Shown here piece by piece: positions 56,943-64,000 of a stretch of 64,000 nt of DNA. Below the pieces are notes generated by a model. The model saw only the letters and a list, made by a program, of their open reading frames with translations, was not told the origin of the DNA and did not search any database. The stretch is from a virus. Taxonomy: Duplodnaviria; Caudoviricetes. The position numbers and the translations under genes were made by a program. How positions within the stretch are numbered: position 1 is the first letter of the stretch; every line of letters starts with the position of its first letter. The stretch is taken from the IMG/VR virus record IMGVR_UViG_3300020477_000013, positions 128,001 to 192,000 of that record; one strand, 5' to 3'.

Positions 56943-57740
56943 ATGTCATATGCTTCTTATATTCCCTTTGTTTCAATGTATTGTCACAATTTTAAAACAG
57001 CCAATATTTTAGAGGTTGGTACCGAATATGGAACATCTTTTATTTCTTTGTTGCATCGGCTGGTAAATAGCAATCGATCTTTTAATATGGTGGGTGTAGA
57101 TATTTGGATTAGGGATTCATTTAATGCTACGGTTCAATCAATCCCGCGCGATCAGGAAAAACAAAGAGTCACACTTTTAGAGGCTAACAGCCTAGATATC
57201 CTAGGTCATGTCTTACAGCCGGGCCGCCTAGGCGGCCCATCAGGGCGCTCAATATTAGAGATGCCTATATCCGTAGCACTGGTGGACGGCGATCATAATT
57301 ACTATACTGTTAGTAAAGAGTTAGAGCTAATCGGTAAGTATTCATCACCAGAAACGATTATCGTTTGTGATGACTATAGTACTCGATATGGTGATAAAGA
57401 CATGTTTTACTCTGAGGTGGCTGAGTATAAGCACGTCGACGAAGGTTCATTTACACCCCGTGTATCCCTTGAAAAAGAAGGTGTCCGACCTGCTGTTGAC
57501 GATTTTCTGGAAAACAATAATATGTGGGAAAAGCTAGATGATCCCCCTGATTTGACACACGATGGCTGCTTGTTGTATAGGAAAGATAATAGGATATTTA
57601 ACTCGCTATTCCAGGCGTATCCAGATCTACCTGTACAAATAAGAAATATCCAGGCTATTGATTCGGGTAACGGTGCAATCATCGACATGACGGGAGACAA
57701 AGCTGTTAGTATCATACAGCAATTAAATTCCGCACCATGA
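56943..57740 (+). CDS. Class I SAM-dependent methyltransferase (Methyltransf_24-like)
   Basis: ILEVGTEYGTS, LVDGDHNY, IVCDDY. Confidence 0.75.
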   Translation: MSYASYIPFVSMYCHNFKTANILEVGTEYGTSFISLLHRLVNSNRSFNMVGVDIWIRDSFNATVQSIPRDQEKQRVTLLEANSLDILGHVLQPGRLGGPSGRSILEMPISVALVDGDHNYYTVSKELELIGKYSSPETIIVCDDYSTRYGDKDMFYSEVAEYKHVDEGSFTPRVSLEKEGVRPAVDDFLENNNMWEKLDDPPDLTHDGCLLYRKDNRIFNSLFQAYPDLPVQIRNIQAIDSGNGAIIDMTGDKAVSIIQQLNSAP

Positions 57741-57803
57741 GATGAATGAGCTCTTTTCACGATATATTTAAATTTGTAGCACGTTGCTGTGCTGTAGCTC
57801 TAT

Positions 57804-58304
57804 TTGACAATAAGCAGTGGGGGGCAGGGTATTGTGTTGAGCGCGATAATCCAGATAATGATAGCAATTATAGTCGCTAATCTTTACGAATGGGTTATCC
57901 ACAAACATGTTTTACACGGCCTCGGAAAAAAGAAAAATTCTTCATGGAGTTCACACTGGTCAGTGCACCACAGAAACTGTCGTCAAAATGAAAATTTTGA
58001 CCAAGACTACCTAGATGTTTTTGGCGGCGGCTGGAGCGAAGGAGCAAAAGAGATAGTAGGCGTTTTGTTTTTGGCTATTATTCAAATTCCTACATTTTTT
58101 GTGTTTCCCTGGTACGCTGGAACATCTATCATGATGGCTGGGCTATATTTCTTCATACACCGAAAAGCCCATCTAGATATTGATTGGTGTAAAAAATGGG
58201 TACCGTGGCACTATGATCACCACATGGGAAAAGACCAGGACAAAAACTGGGGTGTTACCCTCCCGCTGTGGGACTATATCTTGGGCACTAGGGTAAAGTT
58301 ATAA
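57804..58304 (+). CDS. Fatty acid hydroxylase/sterol desaturase family membrane protein
   Basis: His boxes HKHVLH, HWSVHH, HYDHH; NWGVT..WDYILGT; start uncertain. Confidence 0.75.
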   Translation: MTISSGGQGIVLSAIIQIMIAIIVANLYEWVIHKHVLHGLGKKKNSSWSSHWSVHHRNCRQNENFDQDYLDVFGGGWSEGAKEIVGVLFLAIIQIPTFFVFPWYAGTSIMMAGLYFFIHRKAHLDIDWCKKWVPWHYDHHMGKDQDKNWGVTLPLWDYILGTRVKL

Positions 58305-58354
58305 AATCTGTGATTACTTTTTTATAACGAGTTATTCTTTCGTTATAGTTTGGT

Positions 58355-58687
58355 ATGTACGGATTAATCATTTCACTGTTGTTGCTCGGCGCGCCAGACA
58401 TGCATGACCCCACCTGGGAAAGGGCTGATGTTCGATCATTCGAAAGATACGATGCAGGTAATACATGCATTTTTAATTTTTATTCTCCAAAAATATTGAA
58501 GAAATATGAGGTCTGGATTAAGCCCAAGTGGAGGAAGTATCGGCACTCCAGAAGTATAGAGAGACTGGTGATTATTCACCCCATATGTAATGATCGCAAC
58601 TGGTATGCACATGGTGGTATGTATGAGACTCATACCATGAACAAGTATTTGAGAAAGTTTGGAGCGAAGTTTAAAAAAGTTAATTAA
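58355..58687 (+). CDS. Hypothetical protein
   Basis: ORF track. Confidence 0.5.
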   Translation: MYGLIISLLLLGAPDMHDPTWERADVRSFERYDAGNTCIFNFYSPKILKKYEVWIKPKWRKYRHSRSIERLVIIHPICNDRNWYAHGGMYETHTMNKYLRKFGAKFKKVN

Positions 58688-58775
58688 TTTCTGTACACCT
58701 TCAGCGTTTCAGATAATATTATCACATAACCAATTGGCGACATCGCCACCAACTATCTTTTAAAGGAGATACTAC

Positions 58776-58976
58776 ATGAGCTATTTGAATTCTAAGAGCA
58801 CCAAGCGTTTCGATTTTACAATTAACCAGAACAAGACGTCCAAGAAGGCTGGATCCAACCAGCTGACGATTAGCACACGCCCCTATGGCGACCGCTACAG
58901 CGTGGGTACCAGCACCCTCCAGATGACTGTGAAGGAAGCGCAGACTCTCAAGAATTTCCTGAATGAGAACCTCTAG
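58776..58976 (+). CDS. Small basic hypothetical protein
   Basis: AAGGAGA RBS; followed by a strong terminator. Confidence 0.7.
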   Translation: MSYLNSKSTKRFDFTINQNKTSKKAGSNQLTISTRPYGDRYSVGTSTLQMTVKEAQTLKNFLNENL

Positions 58977-59005
58977 GGTACTTGCTTAGGCATTTGCTTA
59001 ATATG

Positions 59006-59039
59006 AAAGGACACCCAGTTAACTGGGTGTCCTTTTTTT
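59006..59039. terminator. Intrinsic terminator
   Basis: Perfect palindrome AAAGGACACCCAGTTAACTGGGTGTCCTTT plus T run. Confidence 0.85.
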
Positions 59040-59132
59040 ATTTGGTGAATAATAAAATATACATCTGTTGTCTAGAGGGTATCTTTAGTATGTCCCTAGG
59101 GACATTGGACACACACACACAAGGAGAAAAAA

Positions 59133-59336
59133 ATGGGTGATTCAAAAAAGAGTGGATACGAGCTTCGTACCGACTTACTAGGAATGGCAATCGGAATTGT
59201 TTCCGACAAGACTAATCGCCAGTTTGAGAACGAGCATCTTAAGCCGGAAGGACAGCGTAATGCTGTTGCTCCATATACGACTGAAGATATTATTGCAGAA
59301 GCTGAAAAGCTGTATGCGTTCGTCCAGAAGAAGTAA
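59133..59336 (+). CDS. Small phage-type protein (GYELRTDLL...EAEKLYAFV)
   Basis: AAGGAGA RBS preceded by a (CA)n tract. Confidence 0.7.
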   Translation: MGDSKKSGYELRTDLLGMAIGIVSDKTNRQFENEHLKPEGQRNAVAPYTTEDIIAEAEKLYAFVQKK

Positions 59337-59407
59337 TATTATATGCCGCAGGGGGGCACGGGCTAAAAGGTGTCTCATTTCTTAACACACAACAAAATTG
59401 GAAAAAA

Positions 59408-59845
59408 ATGAAAGTAGAAGTAGGGCAGAATGTCAGTGTACATTACATGGGTACGCTTGAAGATGGAACTGAATTTGACAATTCTCGTACAAAGGGTACA
59501 CCCCTAGATTTCACAGTGGGTTCAGGACAGTTGATTCCTGGGTTTGACAGTGCGGTCGTTGGAATGGGCGTAGGAGAAGTTAAGAGTATCAAGGTAGCTC
59601 CCGGTGAGGCTTACGGTGATTTTATACCAGAGGCGATCGTTAGCGTACCTAAGTCTCAGTTTCCCGAAGGGTTCCAATTTGAGGTAGGCGCCGTGGTACA
59701 TGGTAAAAACCCAGACGGATCTATAGCTGCGGCTACGATAGCATCTCAAGATGGATTTACTGTTACATTAGATTGCAATCATCCCCTTGCAGGAAAGAAC
59801 CTCAATTTCGAAATTGAAGTGGTAAGCATTAATGAAAACCAATAA
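59408..59845 (+). CDS. FKBP-type peptidyl-prolyl isomerase (SlyD/FkpB-like)
   Basis: VHYMGTLEDGTEFDNS, LIPGFDSAVVGM, DCNHPLAGKNLNFEIEV. Confidence 0.93.
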   Translation: MKVEVGQNVSVHYMGTLEDGTEFDNSRTKGTPLDFTVGSGQLIPGFDSAVVGMGVGEVKSIKVAPGEAYGDFIPEAIVSVPKSQFPEGFQFEVGAVVHGKNPDGSIAAATIASQDGFTVTLDCNHPLAGKNLNFEIEVVSINENQ

Positions 59846-60158
59846 GAGAAGCCGGCCGTCCCGTAAGGGGTACCGCAATAAGTCTGAGCTTGAAAGAATA
59901 GGCGAAATTGTAGCTTCAATTGCCGGCCTGGACAACGATGAGATAGTGAGCTTGTACGAAGAACATGAGTCAATTCGTGACCGGCGTATTAACAAGAATG
60001 ACGACCCAATCAGGAGTGAGACCCGCAATAAGAAGCTAACGGGATGGTCATCTTGGATGAAAGCTGGGGGCATGGATCCTGATAATAAGCATGTAAAGAA
60101 TTTTTGCCAAATGCTGATTAAGGCGAGCAATAAACCCCACGCTACATTTGACGGATAA
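59832..60158 (+). CDS. Hypothetical basic protein
   Basis: ORF track. Confidence 0.5.
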   Translation: MKTNKRSRPSRKGYRNKSELERIGEIVASIAGLDNDEIVSLYEEHESIRDRRINKNDDPIRSETRNKKLTGWSSWMKAGGMDPDNKHVKNFCQMLIKASNKPHATFDG

Positions 60159-60510
60159 AATGATATCGTCTAAGTTAGCCTTAGGCATATTACTTTACAC
60201 ATTAATGCACGTCTTTGTTTGGTTTGGCACCAATTCTCAATTCATGAAAAGTGCTGAGAATGTTAATACATTAATGTTAGCGCTAATTTTATCGATACCC
60301 ATAACGCTGTGTGCTTATTATGCTAGCAGATATACATATGATGAGCTTGGCGAATCAATTTGGGCTGCTCGCTTTATAGGGTTTGGCGTTTCTTACCTAG
60401 TGTTTCCCGTGTTAACATGGGTCCTACTAGGCGAGTCCATGTTAACATATAAGACAATATCATGTGTATTCCTGTCATTCCTGATGATATACATACAAGT
60501 TTTTTCATGA
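60148..60510 (+). CDS. Four-TM small membrane protein (DMT-like)
   Basis: Four hydrophobic segments; start likely ATG 60160. Confidence 0.6.
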   Translation: MTDKMISSKLALGILLYTLMHVFVWFGTNSQFMKSAENVNTLMLALILSIPITLCAYYASRYTYDELGESIWAARFIGFGVSYLVFPVLTWVLLGESMLTYKTISCVFLSFLMIYIQVFS

Positions 60511-60523
60511 TAGGAGAGATGAA

Positions 60524-61699
60524 ATGAAGACACTTTTTGATCTAGGCGCATGCGTCGGCGACTTTACAACTAGTTGGTTAGAGAAAAACCCCGACGGAAA
60601 CGTCGTCTGTGTAGAACCTGATCCAGAAAATTTACGGATCCTTAAAGAAAAATTTGGTATGCATGCGAATGTAAAAATCATACATGCGTGTATTTCAACA
60701 GAGTCAGGTACTTCTACTTTTTATCGTGGTACATCTACCACAAATGGCTCAATGGACCTAGAGACAGAAGCGCTACGGAGGTTAGATGCCCCTGAGGAAA
60801 TTAGCGTCCGAACCCTATCGGTGCCTGAATTATTCCATGAATGTGGCGTTTCTCACTCTAATAGTGTAGTAAAGATTGATATTGAGGGGTTTGAACACAG
60901 GGTGCTATGTCAAATGTTGGATCAAGACATCATTCCCCTAGATGTCTATATGGAAGACGGGTGTAGAAAAACGACCACGTTGGAAGAATGGAAAGCTCGT
61001 CTGGATTTTTATAAAAAGGTTGAGAAGCTGAATATTCTTGACAGGTTTGCCTTTGAGACTAGCGCTGAAGCCGGTACACGTCATCTGCTAATGCCACGAG
61101 ATAGCAGGGACAACCCCGGGCGTATAATTGGGTATGTCGGCGTTAACGGGTGGTATGCATATAAGAAGATCAAGAATCCAGAATTTGCAATTGCGGAATT
61201 CTTAGACGAGGGGCGCTGTCTCTTTACGAATGCTATTGAACTTGTGGCACAGCGAAATGTATACCCCGGGGTTGTGGATTATGATACAGCACACTCTTTT
61301 TTGGCTGATGCTAACGAATACGCGTTCTGCTTATTTGCCGGGCCCTTTAAACAGTTAGTCGCATGCCCCAACGCCGCCCCGGGCGAAGAACATCACGTCC
61401 TTCTGCATACATTACGAGAACTAGATTTTAACACCGGTAGGTCTGACCTGGTTACTGAAATTCCCTTAGGGATGGCTATGATTCCGGAGAAGGGAGGCAG
61501 TTTTAGTTGCATGCCCCTCTTGACAACTGCGATAAATGTGACAGTCGATGAAGTACTTGATAGCAGGATATGGAAAGCAGCCGCTAAAGCATATTTTGAT
61601 CTCCATCCGGAATATCATACCATTACTCGTCATATGCTTAAGATGGTAGGCGTCCCCGAGGATCGAATTCCCTACCCTTCTATGCAGAGTTTTAAATAA
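60524..61699 (+). CDS. FkbM-family methyltransferase with C-terminal extension
   Basis: FDLGACVG, VEPDPEN, VVKIDIEGFE. Confidence 0.75.
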   Translation: MKTLFDLGACVGDFTTSWLEKNPDGNVVCVEPDPENLRILKEKFGMHANVKIIHACISTESGTSTFYRGTSTTNGSMDLETEALRRLDAPEEISVRTLSVPELFHECGVSHSNSVVKIDIEGFEHRVLCQMLDQDIIPLDVYMEDGCRKTTTLEEWKARLDFYKKVEKLNILDRFAFETSAEAGTRHLLMPRDSRDNPGRIIGYVGVNGWYAYKKIKNPEFAIAEFLDEGRCLFTNAIELVAQRNVYPGVVDYDTAHSFLADANEYAFCLFAGPFKQLVACPNAAPGEEHHVLLHTLRELDFNTGRSDLVTEIPLGMAMIPEKGGSFSCMPLLTTAINVTVDEVLDSRIWKAAAKAYFDLHPEYHTITRHMLKMVGVPEDRIPYPSMQSFK

Positions 61700-61727
61700 G
61701 ATAATCAGGGTTATTATTTTTAGAATT

Positions 61728-61756
61728 GTGTAAATTGCTCTTGTGTATTGTATAAT
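61728..61756 (+). promoter_or_regulatory. Promoter GTGTAAA-N16-TATAAT (before CAU tRNA)
   Basis: Match to the recurrent motif. Confidence 0.7.
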
Positions 61757-61792
61757 GATATCATAAGGGGCAAGGAAATCTTGTCACGCTAC

Positions 61793-61870
61793 GGGCTCTT
61801 AGCTCAATCAGGTTAGAGCGTCGGCCTCATAAGCCGCAGGTTCAGGGTTCAAGTCCCTGAGGGCCCACCA
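61793..61870 (+). tRNA. tRNA CAU (Ile2 or elongator Met), paralogue of 16023..16100
   Basis: CGGC-CTCATAA-GCCG; same D and T arms as the first copy; CCA. Confidence 0.9.
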
Positions 61871-61897
61871 TTCATAGTTTGCAAGGGAGAATGAGTA

Positions 61898-62149
61898 ATG
61901 ATGAGAAAGCTTGAAGAAGAAGTAAGAGATGATGTCTCAAGGCTGTTAGCAATGCTCAACCCCGGAGTAGAAGAAAGCTCCGAGACGTATCAGTTTGTGA
62001 GAGATCGGCTTACTCGAATGGCAATTATGGGTACTCTTCCTCCTGCTAGCCGACCGAAGCATAGTTCATCTCAAATGACTAGTCGATCGAGTGATAAAAA
62101 TCCCATGATCGATTTTAGTGCTGAGAAGGAAAAGTTTATTGCCCCATAG
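61898..62149 (+). CDS. Hypothetical protein
   Basis: ORF track; GGGAGA RBS. Confidence 0.55.
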   Translation: MMRKLEEEVRDDVSRLLAMLNPGVEESSETYQFVRDRLTRMAIMGTLPPASRPKHSSSQMTSRSSDKNPMIDFSAEKEKFIAP

Positions 62150-62217
62150 GGGACGCTTCATTTTTGATAAGCTTTCGAAAAGTAATGAGTTACAAACGCA
62201 CATTACTTTTTATACAC

Positions 62218-62246
62218 GTGCAAATCCATCCTACATGTAGTATAAT
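62218..62246 (+). promoter_or_regulatory. Promoter GTGCAAA-N16-TATAAT with inverted repeat around the -10 and an upstream stem-loop
   Basis: TCCTACATGTA/TACATGTAAGGA; upstream AAAAGTAATG (62178-87)/CATTACTTTT (62201-10). Confidence 0.7.
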
Positions 62247-62380
62247 GTACATGTAAGGAGGGGTAGCATGGCGCACCTGATGATGACAATATTGGTCCTC
62301 GGTATCTTGAGTGTGGGTGGCGTACGCCCTATTAGTCCCTCTACTGGTAGCGTTAACACATTCTTGGTGGAGCTAGTTTA

Positions 62381-62569
62381 ATGAAAGTAGGTGACTTGGT
62401 GAAAATTAACGATCTCTGTGCCCAGCTTGATTTAGTCGGTACAATGGGGACAGTCGTCGAAACTGGAATCAAAGAAGAATGGCATTCATGGCTCCTCGCC
62501 GGTGTGTTAACGAATAAAGGCGTTATCCGGTTCCGCGAAGACACACCTCAGCTTGAGGTGATTGAATGA
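62381..62569 (+). CDS. MKVGDLV-family SH3/KOW-like protein
   Basis: MKVGDLVKI...GTVVE. Confidence 0.7.
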   Translation: MKVGDLVKINDLCAQLDLVGTMGTVVETGIKEEWHSWLLAGVLTNKGVIRFREDTPQLEVIE

Positions 62570-62772
62570 ACGAGCTGCCGCTGTTTCTTGATGTTGGTTC
62601 TTTGGTTCGGTCTAACGCCGGCACTAAACATCATGGAAAGCTGGGGATCGTCACCCATGTGAAATATCGCTGGAGCGACCCTCGTGAAGAAGAGTTAGAG
62701 GTCGCGGTTCTCTACCCTGAGACGGGTGAAGAGATGTGGTGGAGTGAGTATAACCTTGAGGTGGTTCAGTGA
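62566..62772 (+). CDS. MKVGDLV-family SH3/KOW-like protein
   Basis: LDVGSLVR...LGIVT...LEVV. Confidence 0.7.
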   Translation: MNELPLFLDVGSLVRSNAGTKHHGKLGIVTHVKYRWSDPREEELEVAVLYPETGEEMWWSEYNLEVVQ

Positions 62773-62987
62773 AAGTCGGTGATTTGGTGAAGTTCAATAA
62801 GACCGGGGTCTTTGCCTTGATTCTTCAAGCCTCCGATGAGGGTGGGTATACATCTATGGAGCTACACGTTCTTGGCGATGTCTTGGCCCACCCAGCATTG
62901 AGAGCTGGTACTCTACAAAACCCCATTGACATCACTTGGATGTCTGAGCATATGCTCAAAAGAACTGCGGAGGTGGTAAATGTCTAG
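62769..62987 (+). CDS. MKVGDLV-family SH3/KOW-like protein
   Basis: GTG start; MKVGDLVKF. Confidence 0.7.
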   Translation: MKVGDLVKFNKTGVFALILQASDEGGYTSMELHVLGDVLAHPALRAGTLQNPIDITWMSEHMLKRTAEVVNV

Positions 62988-63201
62988 GGATCAGATGGCA
63001 ATTCGAGAAGCGTTTAGTGCGCTATGCGAATATCAAAACCCATCAAGCTCTGAAGAAAGAAAACAGATGAGCCTTATTCGATGTTGGCAAATTCTTGCTG
63101 CAGCAGTTCAGGCGGACCGGCCTGCTCATGAGTATGTTCACGACCAATTGAATAATTGGTCTTATGGAAAAGAAGAGGAGTTGTATGATGAAGGTGGGTG
63201 A
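62980..63201 (+). CDS. Hypothetical protein
   Basis: GGAGG RBS. Confidence 0.55.
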   Translation: MSRDQMAIREAFSALCEYQNPSSSEERKQMSLIRCWQILAAAVQADRPAHEYVHDQLNNWSYGKEEELYDEGG

Positions 63202-63385
63202 TTTGGTAAAGATGAAGGGCCCTAAGTCAGAGTATAGGTGGCGGACTGGTTATGGCGAAGGAATCGGCGTTATTCTAGAAGCACCACATCGCACCCAGCG
63301 AACAATGCGTGGGTGCACTGTGATGTGGACAGCTGGGGACATTAAGGATGTTCCGGAAGACTGGATTGAGGCGATCAGTGATTAA
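63188..63385 (+). CDS. MKVGDLV-family SH3/KOW-like protein
   Basis: MKVGDLVKM...GIGVIL; GAGGAG RBS. Confidence 0.7.
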   Translation: MKVGDLVKMKGPKSEYRWRTGYGEGIGVILEAPHRTQRTMRGCTVMWTAGDIKDVPEDWIEAISD

Positions 63386-63475
63386 GCATTTCTTTAGGTT
63401 TATGGCAGATGTTTTTATGGGCGGTAGGTGCTGCTCACAGTGTAGTTGCTGGAATGCAAAGAGTAGAGACGATTA

Positions 63476-63682
63476 ATGAAAGTTGGTGACTTGGTTCGAT
63501 GTATATGGCAACCTCGTACATCGCGTATCGAAAAAGGTTGTGCGGTACAAATGGAGCACTATATCAAGGGTGAGCTGGGTATTATTGTGAGCTTAAGTAA
63601 GTACGGTACACCACATGTTTTGTTTCCGAAATTTATGTACGAGCATCCTTTGGCACATACTGCGCTGGAGGCAGTGGCATGA
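63476..63682 (+). CDS. MKVGDLV-family SH3/KOW-like protein
   Basis: MKVGDLVRC...LGIIV...LEAV. Confidence 0.7.
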   Translation: MKVGDLVRCIWQPRTSRIEKGCAVQMEHYIKGELGIIVSLSKYGTPHVLFPKFMYEHPLAHTALEAVA

Positions 63683-63737
63683 TACTGTTTTTAGTACTCG
63701 CACTCCTTTTTGCACTGTGCTATATGGAGGACATGTC

Positions 63738-63833
63738 ATGAAGTTTGGTGATGTTGTCTACTACACCTTCGGCTGGGGTTTGGCAATTGCCATCATGGCC
63801 TCGATTATTACGATGATTGTGGTGACGCTATGA
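63738..63833 (+). CDS. Small membrane peptide (31 aa)
   Basis: GGAGG RBS; MKFGDVVYYTFGWGLAIAIM... Confidence 0.5.
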   Translation: MKFGDVVYYTFGWGLAIAIMASIITMIVVTL

Positions 63834-64000
63834 AAGCAGGCGATCTTGTGAAGATGAAGTCTAGCGTGAAATCAAAGCTGAGTCCCCACAATCCGAAGAC
63901 TAGTCCAACCGATCAGGTTGGCCTGGTGTATAGTACTCATGCTAGAGGAATCAAGGTACTTATGCCTGACAGCACCATCAAGCTGGGCTTGGTTGATCAT
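63830..64000 (+). CDS. MKVGDLV-family protein, truncated by window edge
   Basis: ATGA overlap; MKAGDLVKMKS...VGLVY. Confidence 0.65.
   Translation, partial: MKAGDLVKMKSSVKSKLSPHNPKTSPTDQVGLVYSTHARGIKVLMPDSTIKLGLVDH

Overview
This is most likely a segment of a very large (jumbo/huge) tailed bacteriophage genome. That is an inference: no capsid, portal, terminase or tail gene is recognisable in this window. The support is dense, almost single-strand packing of small unknown ORFs, scattered single tRNAs, no rRNA or ribosomal-protein operons, and isolated host-like genes. Recognisable genes are the GroEL 3' end, a sigma70-family factor, def, dnaK, dnaJ, tilS, guaB-like IMPDH, pckA, cysK-like, aceB-aceA, an FKBP PPIase, an M50 protease, a RadA/Sms-like ATPase, a GIY-YIG nuclease, methyl/glycosyl/cytidylyl-transferases and seven tRNAs (Arg-UCU, Arg-CCU, two CAU, Leu-UAA, Lys-UUU, Asn-GUU). 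Myxococcota-type proteins (a Cys-repeat/vWA surface protein, a CglF/GltF-like protein) suggest a myxobacterial or deltaproteobacterial-like host. Main discoveries: (1) a 15-kb array (18524-33168) of 32 small genes that share a basic leader (MKITKRQLRRIIKEE..L-x-E) fused to unrelated acidic cargoes, resembling capsid-targeted, protease-matured internal virion proteins; (2) one array member has an in-frame UGA followed by a SECIS-like hairpin, making it a candidate phage selenoprotein; (3) a sigma factor apparently split so that its -35-reading HTH is a separate gene, alongside 10 copies of a non-canonical promoter GTGYAAA-N16-TANNAT, several with inverted repeats bracketing the -10; (4) a complete glyoxylate shunt plus PEP carboxykinase; (5) an unannotated structured RNA and a Cys-rich micropeptide. 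All family assignments are by motif recognition, not database searches.
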